A stretch of 62,540 nucleotides of DNA, the filler included. It is 4 parts of 4 records of this genome, joined end to end, with 100 filler letters (N's around TTAATTAATTAA, not from the genome) between each part and the next. Parts side by side here need not be neighbours in the genome. Positions count along the whole stretch, not along the records: positions 1 to 13,044 come from SRR20825006_1562; positions 13,145 to 43,167 come from SRR20825006_1563; 2 more parts are not named here. One strand, written 5' to 3'. Each line of letters begins with the position of its first letter. Position 1 is the stretch's first letter. The position numbers and the translations under genes were made by a program. This document shows, piece after piece, positions 10,000-20,292 of this stretch. Under the pieces are notes generated by a model. The model did no database searches. It worked only from the letters and a program-made list of their open reading frames with translations, and was not told where the DNA came from.

Positions 10000-12630
10000 T
10001 TACTTTAATCCTGCCAAACTTGCTTTCAAAGTTTCAATCTTTGCAAGTGCATCTGCTTCCTTTTGTCTTTCAAGCGCTACAACTTGTTCTGGAGCACCGC
10101 TTACAAAACGTTCGTTTTTAAGCTTTCCTTGTACACTTTTTAGGAAACCTTCGGTATATTTTAATTCTTCAGAAAGCTTTTCAATTTCTTCATCAATGTT
10201 GATTGCGCCCATAATTGGCACGAAATATTCATTGCTTTTTGCACGAAAAGTAAGTGCGCCATCTAGCTTTTCTGAAATATAATTTAACGCTGAAATATTC
10301 CCTAATTTTGAAATTACAGCATCAAAATCTTTTGAAGCATTTTCATTATTTAAAACTGAAAGTTCGATTGTATCTTTAAATGAAATATTTTTCTCTTTAC
10401 GAATCGTTCTAATTCCAGAAATTACTTCAGAAGCAAATTCAAAGTTTTTTATTACCGCTTCGTTATACTTTTCAGCTTTAGGCCATTCAGAAACAATCAA
10501 TGCTTCCGAAATCTCACGTTTTGCTATATGTTGCCAAATTTCTTCTGAAATAAAAGGCACAAAAGGGTGAAGTATTTTCAGATTATCTTCTAAGATGGAA
10601 ATAACCGCCGAATAGGTTTTCGCTGAAATTTTTTCACCGAAAGGTGGTTTAACCATTTCTAACAACCACGAGCAGAAATCGTCCCAAACTAGCTTATAGG
10701 TTGCCATTAAAGCATCACTAATTCTATATTTACTGTAATGGTCTTCAATCTCTGCAAGAGTTTTCTGGAATTTGCTTCTATACCATTGCAATGCTATGAT
10801 ATCGCTTTGCGACTGTTCCATTGCTACAGAAACTTCCCATCCATCTATTAAACGGTAGGCATTCCAGATTTTATTTACAAATGCACTTCCTTGCTTACAA
10901 AGGTCTTCATCAAACATTAAATCATTCCCAGCAGGCGAACTTAAAAGCATCCCCACACGCACGCCATCGGCCCCATAAACGTTCATTAAATCTATTGGGT
11001 CTGGTGAATTACCAAGAGACTTACTCATTTTTCTACGTTGCTTATCGCGAACAATTCCTGTTAAATAAACATTTGTAAATGGTTTCTCATTTCTATATTC
11101 ATAACCAGCAATAATCATTCGTGCTACCCAGAAAAATAATATTTCTGGGGCAGTAACCAAATCGTTGGTTGGGTAATAGTAATTTACTTCTTTATTATCA
11201 GGCTCCAAGATTCCATTAAAAACACTTATAGGCCATAACCAGGATGAAAACCAAGTATCTAGAGCATCTGGATCTTGTTTTAGGTTGTTGGTTGATAATT
11301 GTTGGTTATTGGTTTTCTCTTTTGCAAGTATTAAAGCTTCGTCAATAGTTTCGGCAACTACAAAATCTTCTTTACCATCTCCATAAAAATATGCTGGAAT
11401 TTGTTGTCCCCACCAAAGTTGACGGGAGATATTCCAATCGCGTACATTTTCCATCCAGTGACGGTAAGTGTTTATAAACTTTTCAGGAACTAAGTTTACA
11501 TCTTTTTCAAGAACGGCATCCAAAGCAGGTTGCGCTAATTCTTTCATTTTTAAAAACCATTGGTCGCTCAATTTAGGCTCTATTACTGCTCCTGTGCGTT
11601 CACTGGTTCCTACTTTATGCGTATGTGTTTCAATTTTTGAAACCACACCCATTTCTTCTAGTTCTTTTACAATTTCTTTACGAACTACAAAACGGTCTTT
11701 CCCTTCATAATGAAGTCCAAAGCTATTTAAAGTACCATCATTGTTAAGAATATCAATAATTTCAAGCTTATGCTTATCCCCTAGCATCTTGTCATTTTCA
11801 TCATGAGCAGGGGTAACTTTTAAACATCCTGTACCGAATTCAACATCTACATATTCGTCTTCTATGATTGGAATACTGCGATTGCAAACAGGAACGATTG
11901 CTTTTTTACCGCGAAGGTGTGCAAAACGCGCATCATTTGGGTTTATACAGATTGCAGTATCGCCCAAAATGGTTTCAGGACGGGTGGTAGCAATGGTTAG
12001 AGTATCATCACTTCCTTCAATTTTATAGTTTAAGTAATAAAGGTTTCCCTGTTTTTCTTCATAAATAACTTCTTCATCGGAAAGCGTTGTTTTCGCTTGT
12101 GGATCCCAATTTACCATTCTATAACCACGATAAATGTTTCCTTTATTATATAAATCCACGAAAACTTTTATCACAGAAGCAGACATTTCTGGATCCATTG
12201 TGAATTTAGTGCGTTCCCAATCACAGGAAGCACCAAGTTTTTTTAATTGTTCAAGAATTATCCCACCATGCTTGTGTGTCCATTCCCAAGCGTGTTCTAA
12301 AAATTCTTCACGAGAAAGTTTGGCTTTATCAATTCCATCGGCCTTTAATTTTGCAACAACTTTTGCTTCCGTTGCGATTGAAGCATGATCTGTTCCAGGT
12401 ACCCAACACGCATTAAACCCTTGTAAACGCGCACGACGAATAAGAACATCTTGCAATGTATTGTTAAGCATATGCCCCATATGAAGCACCCCTGTTACGT
12501 TTGGTGGCGGAATGACTATGGTGTATGGCGTTCTGTCATCAACTTCAGAATGGAAATAATTATTTTCCATCCAGTAGCTATACCACTTGTTTTCAATCTC
12601 TTTTGCATTATATTTTGCTTCTATTGCCAT
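10000..12630 (-). CDS. valS: Valine--tRNA ligase
   Basis: HIGH-like PPPNVTGVLHMGH, KMSKS, C-terminal coiled coil; start MAIEA at 12630; TACTTTTG -7 box at 12660-12667 (minus). Confidence 0.98.
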   Translation of the reverse strand: MAIEAKYNAKEIENKWYSYWMENNYFHSEVDDRTPYTIVIPPPNVTGVLHMGHMLNNTLQDVLIRRARLQGFNACWVPGTDHASIATEAKVVAKLKADGIDKAKLSREEFLEHAWEWTHKHGGIILEQLKKLGASCDWERTKFTMDPEMSASVIKVFVDLYNKGNIYRGYRMVNWDPQAKTTLSDEEVIYEEKQGNLYYLNYKIEGSDDTLTIATTRPETILGDTAICINPNDARFAHLRGKKAIVPVCNRSIPIIEDEYVDVEFGTGCLKVTPAHDENDKMLGDKHKLEIIDILNNDGTLNSFGLHYEGKDRFVVRKEIVKELEEMGVVSKIETHTHKVGTSERTGAVIEPKLSDQWFLKMKELAQPALDAVLEKDVNLVPEKFINTYRHWMENVRDWNISRQLWWGQQIPAYFYGDGKEDFVVAETIDEALILAKEKTNNQQLSTNNLKQDPDALDTWFSSWLWPISVFNGILEPDNKEVNYYYPTNDLVTAPEILFFWVARMIIAGYEYRNEKPFTNVYLTGIVRDKQRRKMSKSLGNSPDPIDLMNVYGADGVRVGMLLSSPAGNDLMFDEDLCKQGSAFVNKIWNAYRLIDGWEVSVAMEQSQSDIIALQWYRSKFQKTLAEIEDHYSKYRISDALMATYKLVWDDFCSWLLEMVKPPFGEKISAKTYSAVISILEDNLKILHPFVPFISEEIWQHIAKREISEALIVSEWPKAEKYNEAVIKNFEFASEVISGIRTIRKEKNISFKDTIELSVLNNENASKDFDAVISKLGNISALNYISEKLDGALTFRAKSNEYFVPIMGAINIDEEIEKLSEELKYTEGFLKSVQGKLKNERFVSGAPEQVVALERQKEADALAKIETLKASLAGLK

Positions 12631-12754
12631 AGTTTGGTCTGATATTTGAGTAATCAATGCAAAAGTAAATATATCTACAGGATAATAAAAGGAATAAGTT
12701 ATTTTGCAGAATGTTTAAAGTTCTATACTTTTACAATAATTAAAAAACAAAATC

Positions 12755-13044
12755 ATGAAAAAATTAGCTCTTATGGCTCTTGTTGCCTTTATCGGTTTTG
12801 CCGCACAAGCACAACAAGCAAAAATTACTTTCAAGGAAGACACTGTAGACTACGGTTCAATTGAAAAAGGTAGTGATGGTGTTCGTGTGTTTGAATTTAC
12901 AAACACTGGAGATGCTCCCCTTATTATTACTGATGTAAAATCTAGCTGTGGCTGTACTGTCCCTAAGAAACCAGAAGGACCAATTGCTCCAGGTGCTAGT
13001 AGCTCTATTCAGGTTAAGTATGATACTAACCGTGTTGGACTAAT
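12755..13044 (+). CDS. DUF1573 domain protein (truncated by contig end)
   Basis: Signal peptide; FEFTNTGDAPLIITDVKSSCGCT motif. Confidence 0.9.
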
Positions 13045-13144
13045 NNNNNNNNNNNNNNNNNNNNNNNNNNNNNNNNNNNNNNNNNNNNTTAATTAATTAA
13101 NNNNNNNNNNNNNNNNNNNNNNNNNNNNNNNNNNNNNNNNNNNN
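13045..13144. other. Artificial contig spacer (N44-TTAATTAATTAA-N44)
   Basis: Exactly 100 bp; the central 12-mer puts stops in all six frames; identical at three places. Confidence 0.98.
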
Positions 13145-13145
13145 T

Positions 13146-13304
13146 ATTAAAATATATGCTGAAGAATTAGGCGGGAAAGACTTCATTAGTTTAAATTATT
13201 ACATTACTTCACAAGAAGATTTATTAAAACCTTGCGAAATGCCCGCACAAAAGGTTATTGATTTTATTTTGAATGTCTCACTTGTGAAAACTTCAGCAAA
13301 ATAG
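13146..13304 (+). CDS. 3' part of a small conserved protein found beside msrA (not in ORF track)
   Basis: Reads IKIYAEELGGKDFISLNYYITSQEDLLKPCEMPAQKVIDFILNVSLVKTSAK*; I recognise ELGGxDFISxNYY and LKPCEMP from a small family usually adjacent to msrA. Confidence 0.7.
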   Translation: MKIYAEELGGKDFISLNYYITSQEDLLKPCEMPAQKVIDFILNVSLVKTSAK

Positions 13305-13412
13305 ACATGTGTAGAGGTAATTTATACGTTTTAATAAGCAGTAAACTGCTGTATTTTTGTGGTAGTATATTAAGTACTAGTACAAAGAGAATATTAATTT
13401 AAAAAATAATAC

Positions 13413-13907
13413 ATGGGAAATTATAAAAAAGCATATATAGCTGGCGGGTGTTTTTGGGGAATGGAAGATTTATTTAGAGTTCGTCCAGGAATTATTGACA
13501 CCGAAGTAGGTTATTTAGGCGGAGAAAACGATAATCCTACATACGGAAACCATCCAGGTCATGCTGAAGGTATTGAAATTACTTATAAGCCTGATGAAAC
13601 TTCATTTAAGCATATTTTGGATTATTTTTTTAGAATTCATGACCCTTCAACTGTTGATAGACAAGGGAACGACAGGGGTTCAAGCTATAGGTCTGCCATA
13701 TTTTTTCAAAATGAAGAAGAGAAAAAAGTAGCGCAAGAAATTATACAAATAGTAGACGATTCTAAAAAATGGCAAGCTAAAATAGTTACAACACTGGAGC
13801 CTTTTACAAAATTTTGGGCGGCAGAACCTGAGCATCAAGATTATTTGGTTAGAAAACCTAATGGTTATACTTGCCACTTTGAAAGATTTGATACAAGCTT
13901 TATTTAG
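13413..13907 (+). CDS. msrA: Peptide-methionine (S)-S-oxide reductase
   Basis: [35 protein letters not shown]. Confidence 0.97.
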   Translation: MGNYKKAYIAGGCFWGMEDLFRVRPGIIDTEVGYLGGENDNPTYGNHPGHAEGIEITYKPDETSFKHILDYFFRIHDPSTVDRQGNDRGSSYRSAIFFQNEEEKKVAQEIIQIVDDSKKWQAKIVTTLEPFTKFWAAEPEHQDYLVRKPNGYTCHFERFDTSFI

Positions 13908-13942
13908 TTTTAAAGAATAATAAATTAGTTGAAATTTACATT

Positions 13943-13984
13943 AAAACACTGTAACAATTATTTAAATTGTTACAGTGTTTTTTT
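13943..13984 (+). terminator. Intrinsic terminator after msrA
   Basis: 17-bp perfect stem AAAACACTGTAACAATT / AATTGTTACAGTGTTTT ending in a T-run. Confidence 0.75.
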
Positions 13985-14028
13985 AATATTATAACAGGAA
14001 AATTAATTCTTAATTTAAACCAAATAAT

Positions 14029-14430
14029 ATGAATTGGTATTTACCCATTACTATAATTCCAGGAATAGGAATGTTAATTCTATCTACATCTTCGCAAATG
14101 CTAAGTGTAAGTGAGGAAGTTAGAATGCTTCTTGCAAAAAAATGTAATATTTTTCAACACGACATCTCTAAACGTAAATTAAAACAGTTGGGTTTGTTAA
14201 CACGTGCTTCTGCATTATTATATTTATCTACGGGGTTCTATGTTTTATCGGGTATTTTGGGAGTAATTATTGCGCACGATGATCCATGGGGCTTACCAAG
14301 TGTAATGCTGTATACAGGAACTATTTTCGTTTTTATGGCAATATCTTTTTTAATTATTTATTCATTTAGAGCAGTACGAATAAGGCGGTTGCAGTTCGCT
14401 AATAATCATAATTTAGATGAAACACATTAG
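14029..14430 (+). CDS. Small membrane protein (DUF2721-like)
   Basis: Three hydrophobic segments; PGIGMLILST N-terminal pattern. Confidence 0.55.
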   Translation: MNWYLPITIIPGIGMLILSTSSQMLSVSEEVRMLLAKKCNIFQHDISKRKLKQLGLLTRASALLYLSTGFYVLSGILGVIIAHDDPWGLPSVMLYTGTIFVFMAISFLIIYSFRAVRIRRLQFANNHNLDETH

Positions 14431-14735
14431 AAGCTAAATTGAAGTATAAATCAAGATATTCCTGAATGCTATTTCAGCTTTTTTGATATAAAAATACCAA
14501 CATTAGTAAGTTTAAATGGAAAACCCTACTAATCATATTCTACTATTTAGGATTCCCAGGATGTAGAGGTCGTGTTATTCCACTTGTAAATAGATTGATT
14601 TTTGTTAAAGACTTATACTAGTGAGAAACATACAATAGCAAAGGATAATGGAGTTTTAAAACTCATAAATAATTGAACTTAAAATCAATTTTTAGCACAT
14701 CCAATTCAAAATAAATTAAAAATATTTAATTAAAG

Positions 14736-15959
14736 ATGAAAAGCACTAAACTGAATATAGAAAATAATAAAGGACACAAGCTACAAGCTTATTTGGAACT
14801 TCCAGCAAATCAAAAACCTAATTATTACGCCATTTTTGCACATTGTTTTACGTGCAATAGCACTTTAAATGCTGTAAAAAATATAAGTCGCGCCTTAACC
14901 AATCATGGTTTTGGTGTAATACGTTTTGATTTTACAGGATTAGGAAGAAGTGAAGGGGAGTTTTCAGATAGTTATTTTTCTGCAAATGTGGACGATCTTT
15001 TAGCCGTTAACACTTATTTAGCTGAAAATTATCAAGCACCCGGCTTGTTGGTTGGTCATTCCCTTGGCGGTGCTGCTGTAATTGCAGCTGCTTCAAAGCT
15101 TGAGAACATTAAAGCGGTTGCTACTATTGGTGCACCTGCAACTGTAACTCATGTTACACATTTATTTTCTCATGGAATTGAAGAGGTAAAACAAAAAGGT
15201 GAGGTTGAAATTAATATTGGAGGACGTCCTTTTAAAATAAATCAAGAATTTGTTGATGATTTTAGTAAAACAGATTTGCCTGAAATTACTAAAAATTTGC
15301 GTAAACCTTTATTAATAATGCATGCACCATTCGATCAGATAGTAGGGATTGAAAATGCACACAAATTATATCACGATGCGCACCACCCTAAAAGTTTTGT
15401 GAGCTTGGATCAAGCAGACCATTTACTTTCCAAAACACGCGATAGTGAATATGTGGGCGCACTAATTGGCACTTGGGTTACACGTTATTTTGAACCTGCA
15501 GATAATGAAATGTTGCAAATTGAAGGGGAACAGTTAGTTGCGCATTTAGATTTAAAGGAAAATAATTTTACAACACAGCTTCAAACTAAAAAACACACTT
15601 TTATTGCAGACGAACCAGAAAGTGTTGGTGGTGATGATTTTGGACCTTCACCTTACGAATACCTTAATGCAGCCATTGCAAGTTGTACAGTAATGACTCT
15701 AAAACTATACGCAGAACGCAAAAAATGGGATTTACAAGAAGTGTTTGTTTATTTAACGCATGCCAGAAGGCATAGTGATGAATTAATGCTAGATGTTGAA
15801 AAACCAGGATATTTAGATCATATTTCGAAAAAAATTAAGCTTGTAGGAAATCTTGATGATGCACAAAAACAACGTTTAAAAGAAATAGCGTCTAAATGTC
15901 CGGTTCATAAAACGGTTGCTAGTGAAGTAATTTTCGATACCGAAATACTAAACTCATAA
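14736..15959 (+). CDS. Bifunctional alpha/beta hydrolase - OsmC family protein
   Basis: AHCFTC, GHSLGG nucleophile elbow, ADH; C-terminal OsmC with ASCT and KCPVH. Confidence 0.93.
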   Translation: MKSTKLNIENNKGHKLQAYLELPANQKPNYYAIFAHCFTCNSTLNAVKNISRALTNHGFGVIRFDFTGLGRSEGEFSDSYFSANVDDLLAVNTYLAENYQAPGLLVGHSLGGAAVIAAASKLENIKAVATIGAPATVTHVTHLFSHGIEEVKQKGEVEINIGGRPFKINQEFVDDFSKTDLPEITKNLRKPLLIMHAPFDQIVGIENAHKLYHDAHHPKSFVSLDQADHLLSKTRDSEYVGALIGTWVTRYFEPADNEMLQIEGEQLVAHLDLKENNFTTQLQTKKHTFIADEPESVGGDDFGPSPYEYLNAAIASCTVMTLKLYAERKKWDLQEVFVYLTHARRHSDELMLDVEKPGYLDHISKKIKLVGNLDDAQKQRLKEIASKCPVHKTVASEVIFDTEILNS

Positions 15960-16042
15960 AGAATTTCGGAATTATTAAAACTTCCTAATAGCATCTTAAT
16001 GATTATGATAATACCCGTAAACAATCCTATTCTTGAAACTTT

Positions 16043-17386
16043 TTAAAAAATTAAACTAATTACAGTACCCGTATTTTCATTACTTTGAACCTGAATTTTG
16101 CCTCCGTGAAGTAGCATAATTTGTTTGCTTAAGCTCAGGCCAATACCACTTCCAGTTTTTTTGGTGCTAAAAAATGGCACAAAAATACTGTCCATAATTT
16201 CAAGTGGAATACCCGTACCATTATCTGTAACTTTCAGCTGAGTTTTACCATAATGACCAATGTTGGCTGCGACAATAACTTTTGGATTAGAAACTTTATC
16301 GGTCGCATCTAGTGCATTTAAAATTAAATTAATAAGCACTTGCTCGATGAGGTAAGAATCTATTTCTAATACTAAATTTGGGTCCTTTAAATCAAAATCG
16401 AGCGTTGCAACCTTTTGTACTAAAGTCGACTTCATTAATTCATTTATGCTTTCAAAAAGATCTGAAGCCTTAACAGTGGTTTTATTTACGTGGGTAATTT
16501 TATTTAGGCTTCTATAGGTTTTCGCAAATTTCATTAAGCCTTCACTTCGTTTTTTTATACTGTTCAGCCCAGCATTTAGGTCTTCCAATTCTATTTTTTC
16601 AGTAGTTGGGTTTTCTATTGATTTTTGAATATCAGTTTGAAGTGTTTCCGCCAAAGAAGAAATTGGTGCAATGCTATTCATAATTTCATGAGTCATTACA
16701 CTGAGCAGTTTTTTCCATGCTTCGCTTTCATTTCTGTTTAAAGTTTCTTCAATATTCTGAAGAACGATGAGTTTGAAGGAGTTTTCTTCCATTTCAAATA
16801 CAGTATCAGAAATTAATACTTTTAATGTTTCCTGCCTCATTTCCAAGGTTACCGAAGCAGTGTTGGAGTGGTAGGTTTCAAAAAGTTCATCGTAAATTTT
16901 TGGTCTTCTTTTTTCAACAAAACTTACATTTTTGAAGGAAGGGAAATCGAGTGTTTTTAAAAATGAATCGTTCGCCCATAGTACATCGCCACTTTCTACA
17001 TTATAGGCGATGATACCAATATTTACCATTTCAAGAATTTTTTGAAGATACACAAATTGAGCTTGTCGCTCGCTGTCTATTGCTTTAATGGTTTTATTTA
17101 CTAAGTTGAAACCTTTATGAAGTTTTTGAATATCCTGCGGTCCTTTATCTTCCACAAACCATCTTGAAAAATCGTGATATTTTATGGATTCAAAAAAATC
17201 GTCCATTTCAATAAAACGCTTTATTACAAATTGGTAGAGATTATAAATTACAATAAATGAAAGTAATGCACCCCCTATAATTGCAAACGTATTGGGTAAA
17301 ACTATCCCAAAAGCTAGTATCGTCAAGGAAATGAGTAGACTTACAACCCGAAGGGTTAATGAAAATAAATAGCTATTATAGGTCAT
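16043..17386 (-). CDS. Sensor histidine kinase (NtrY/NtrB-like)
   Basis: Two N-terminal TMs, THEIMNS H-box, N-box NLILNA, DNGTG, FFSTK, GSGIGL. Confidence 0.93.
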   Translation of the reverse strand: MTYNSYLFSLTLRVVSLLISLTILAFGIVLPNTFAIIGGALLSFIVIYNLYQFVIKRFIEMDDFFESIKYHDFSRWFVEDKGPQDIQKLHKGFNLVNKTIKAIDSERQAQFVYLQKILEMVNIGIIAYNVESGDVLWANDSFLKTLDFPSFKNVSFVEKRRPKIYDELFETYHSNTASVTLEMRQETLKVLISDTVFEMEENSFKLIVLQNIEETLNRNESEAWKKLLSVMTHEIMNSIAPISSLAETLQTDIQKSIENPTTEKIELEDLNAGLNSIKKRSEGLMKFAKTYRSLNKITHVNKTTVKASDLFESINELMKSTLVQKVATLDFDLKDPNLVLEIDSYLIEQVLINLILNALDATDKVSNPKVIVAANIGHYGKTQLKVTDNGTGIPLEIMDSIFVPFFSTKKTGSGIGLSLSKQIMLLHGGKIQVQSNENTGTVISLIF

Positions 17387-18719
17387 ATTTATTTAGTCTA
17401 CGATAAAGTGCCGCACGTGTTATACCTAACTCTTTTGCAGATTTTGAAATGTTACCATCATTTTTTTCAATAACATTTAAAATTGTATTCCGCTCAATTG
17501 CATCTAGATTTGTTTCCTTTTGAAGTATTGGTGAATGTGATTGTTCAATAGCCGAAAATGTAAGATCTGAAGCTTCGAGTGTTTGTTGTTCAGCCATAAT
17601 AATAGCACGCTCAACAGCATATTGTAACTCGCGAACGTTTCCATTAAAGTGATGCTTCTTTAATTTCTGAATAAAATCTGGGGTTAATGAAAAAGCTCCT
17701 TTTCCATATTTTTCAGCATAAAAATTTACAAAATAATTTGCTAAAAGAGCGATATCGGAGCCTCGTTCTCGTAGCGGCGGAATTGTAATATCGACAGTAT
17801 TTATGCGGTAAATAAGGTCTTTTCTGAATCGTTCTTCATCGGCAAGTTCACTTATGGGCACATTGGTAGCACAAATTAATCGAATATCAATTGTAACGGC
17901 TTGGTTAGATCCTAATGGAGTTACTTGTCTGTTTTGCAGTACTGTTAGCAACCGCGATTGTTGGCGTGGCGTTATGTTTCCTATTTCATCTAAAAATAAA
18001 GTTCCGCCATTTGCCGCTTCAAAACGACCTTTTCGGTCTTCATGTGCATCTGTAAAAGCACCTTTTTTGTACCCAAAAAGTTCACTTTCAAAAAGGGTTT
18101 CGGTAAGTGCTCCAACATCTACTTTTACAAATGGCATATTCTTACGAAGTGAATTTTCATGAATGGCTTTTGCAATTAAGTCTTTACCCGTTCCATTTTC
18201 ACCTAGAATAAGAATATTGGCATCGGTGGGGGCAACCTTCTTAAGTTTTACAAACACATCTTGCATGGGTTCACTTTCACCAATAATCTTGGTTTCAGAG
18301 TCTAGATATAGTTTTTTTGGTTGATGTTTTTTCTTTTTTTCAAGCAGTTCTTTTATTGTTCCTACTATTTTTTCATTTTTCCAAGGTTTCACTATAAAAT
18401 CGGAAGCGCCTTCTTTTAACGAACGAATAGCTAAATCAATATCACCATAAGCAGTGATCAGAATAACAGCTACGTTTGGGTTTTGCTTCTTAATTTTATT
18501 TAACCAGAAAATTCCTTCATTTCCTGTATTTACAAGCCCGTTGAAATTCATATCTAGAATAGCAACATCAAAGTTATGAGCTTGCATCAAGCTTTGAATC
18601 ATGTTCGGGTTTTTGTTAACGACAACCTCTTTTACTTTCGATTTAAGTAAAAGCCGAAGCGCAACGAGTACATCTTCATCGTCGTCTATAACTAATATGT
18701 TAGCATTGTGGAGAAGCAT
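17376..18719 (-). CDS. Sigma54-dependent response regulator (NtrC/Fis family)
   Basis: Receiver (DDD, LDMNF, KPW), GENGTGK, GAFTDA, Fis-type HTH; start MLLHN at 18719. Confidence 0.95.
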   Translation of the reverse strand: MLLHNANILVIDDDEDVLVALRLLLKSKVKEVVVNKNPNMIQSLMQAHNFDVAILDMNFNGLVNTGNEGIFWLNKIKKQNPNVAVILITAYGDIDLAIRSLKEGASDFIVKPWKNEKIVGTIKELLEKKKKHQPKKLYLDSETKIIGESEPMQDVFVKLKKVAPTDANILILGENGTGKDLIAKAIHENSLRKNMPFVKVDVGALTETLFESELFGYKKGAFTDAHEDRKGRFEAANGGTLFLDEIGNITPRQQSRLLTVLQNRQVTPLGSNQAVTIDIRLICATNVPISELADEERFRKDLIYRINTVDITIPPLRERGSDIALLANYFVNFYAEKYGKGAFSLTPDFIQKLKKHHFNGNVRELQYAVERAIIMAEQQTLEASDLTFSAIEQSHSPILQKETNLDAIERNTILNVIEKNDGNISKSAKELGITRAALYRRLNKYDL

Positions 18720-18789
18720 GGATACAATATTAACAAATTCAATTGTTTTAAATCGTAATTCTGAATTCATAATTCTGAATTAAATAAAG

Positions 18790-18828
18790 TGTATCGTCAG
18801 CGAACAGTTAGTGTCTCAAAAACGAACA
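18790..18828. promoter_or_regulatory. Tandem TGT-N11-ACA boxes, putative enhancer (UAS) of the NtrC-like regulator
   Basis: TGTATCGTCAGCGAACA (18790-18806) and TGTCTCAAAAACGAACA (18812-18828), 22 bp apart, sharing CGAACA. Confidence 0.6.
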
Positions 18829-18881
18829 CTTTGTATTATTGATTTTTTCTCAAAACACTGTAAACTAGCCTTTTGTTTTTT

Positions 18882-18896
18882 TGGCATCATATTGAC
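18882..18896 (+). promoter_or_regulatory. Possible sigma54 -24/-12 promoter of the export operon
   Basis: TGGCATCATATTGAC; good -24 box, but TTG sits one base closer than consensus and GC is replaced. Confidence 0.4.
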
Positions 18897-18927
18897 AGTT
18901 TAAATTTTTGAAAACGAATCAATATAT

Positions 18928-20181
18928 ATGGACATACCATTAGAAAAAAAACGATTTACCACCAAAAAGATCCTGCTACTTGCGGGAATAGGTATTTTAA
19001 TTGCATTAATCATTTTTGTTATTATTTCATCAATGGGCGGCTCTAAGCTTAATGTAGAAAAGGAACGCATTAGCATTAGCACGGTAAAAAAAGGTGTTTT
19101 TCAAGAAAATATACCTGTAAACGGAATTGTATTGCCTATTACTACTATTTATTTGGATGCTCTTGAAGGAGGTCGTGTAGAAGAAAAATTTGCAGAGGAT
19201 GGCGCAATTCTTAAAAAAGGAGATCCTATTTTGAGACTTTCAAATACCGATTTGGAACTAAGCCTTGTAAATCAAGAAACACAGGTTTACAATTTATTGA
19301 CGCAAATGCAGATTTCTCAGAATGCGGCTCGTCAAAACACCATTAATAAATTAAACCAATACACCGATGTAGAAAGTGGTTTAATTGAAGCTAAGCGCTT
19401 GTATGATCTTAATAAGAAATTATACGATAAAGATGCTATTGGCCGTCAGGATTTAATACGTGCAGAAAACGAATATAACTATCAAAAAGAACGTATGAAG
19501 CTTTCAAAGCAAATTCTTAAGCAAGATAGTCTCGCTGTAAAACAAGAAAAAGGGCAAGTACAAAGTAGTTACAGTCGCACCCAAAATGCTTTAGAGTTAA
19601 TGCGTAGAAAAGTAGCTGACCTTGTGGTAAAAGCACCTGTTGATGGACAACTTACTTCTTTAGATGCTGAAATTGGCCAATCCAAAAATAAAGGAGAACG
19701 TTTGGGCCAGATAGATGTTTTGAGTGGTTTTAAAGTTCGCGCAGAAATTGATGAACACTACATTTCAAGAATATATAATGGGCAATCTGGAAGCTTCAGT
19801 TTTAATGGCAAAAGCTATAAACTAACAATTAAAAAAGTTTATACCCAAGTTACCAATGGTAGGTTTCAAGTAGATATGCAGTTTGAAGAAGAGGTTCCTG
19901 AAGGAATTCGTCGTGGACAAACATTACAAATACGATTGGCTTTAAGTGATGAAAAACAAGCAGTAATGATTCCAAAAGGAGGGTTTTTTCAGCAAACAGG
20001 TGGTAATTGGATTTTTAAAGTAAGTGAAGATGGTGCTACCGCCTATAAAACTGAAATAACACTGGGAAGCCAAAACACTGAAAATTATGAGGTGTTAAGT
20101 GGACTAGAACCAGGCGATAAAGTAATTACAAGTAGTTATGATAATTATGGTGATGTACAGGAGTTGGTTTTAAAAGATTAA
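18928..20181 (+). CDS. Periplasmic adaptor (MacA/HlyD-like membrane fusion protein)
   Basis: N-terminal TM, GRVEE lipoyl half, coiled hairpin, KAPVDG, GLEPGDKVI. Confidence 0.92.
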   Translation: MDIPLEKKRFTTKKILLLAGIGILIALIIFVIISSMGGSKLNVEKERISISTVKKGVFQENIPVNGIVLPITTIYLDALEGGRVEEKFAEDGAILKKGDPILRLSNTDLELSLVNQETQVYNLLTQMQISQNAARQNTINKLNQYTDVESGLIEAKRLYDLNKKLYDKDAIGRQDLIRAENEYNYQKERMKLSKQILKQDSLAVKQEKGQVQSSYSRTQNALELMRRKVADLVVKAPVDGQLTSLDAEIGQSKNKGERLGQIDVLSGFKVRAEIDEHYISRIYNGQSGSFSFNGKSYKLTIKKVYTQVTNGRFQVDMQFEEEVPEGIRRGQTLQIRLALSDEKQAVMIPKGGFFQQTGGNWIFKVSEDGATAYKTEITLGSQNTENYEVLSGLEPGDKVITSSYDNYGDVQELVLKD

Positions 20182-20190
20182 AATTAGTCA

Positions 20191-20252
20191 GTTATTCTGG
20201 GCGTTTGGAAAATTTAAAATTCCCAATTGCTATCGGGAGCGCCCGGAATGAC
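20191..20252. repeat. REP-like palindromic element
   Basis: Outer arms GTTATTCTGGGCG / CGCCCGGAATGAC, with inner TCCCAATTGCTATCGGGA (variant of the TCCCGATAGCTATCGGGA palindrome common in Flavobacteria). Confidence 0.6.
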
Positions 20253-20292
20253 ATATATAAAACAGTAACCATAATAAAGAAAACAACTATAA

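Noticed and set aside
13089-13100. TTAATTAATTAA palindrome recurring three times
   Set aside because: Always centred in N-runs of identical length; an assembly linker with six-frame stops, not biology.
14431-14735. Possible gene relic (fragment YYLGFPG) between the membrane protein and OsmC fusion
   Set aside because: Too short and interrupted to assign without a search.
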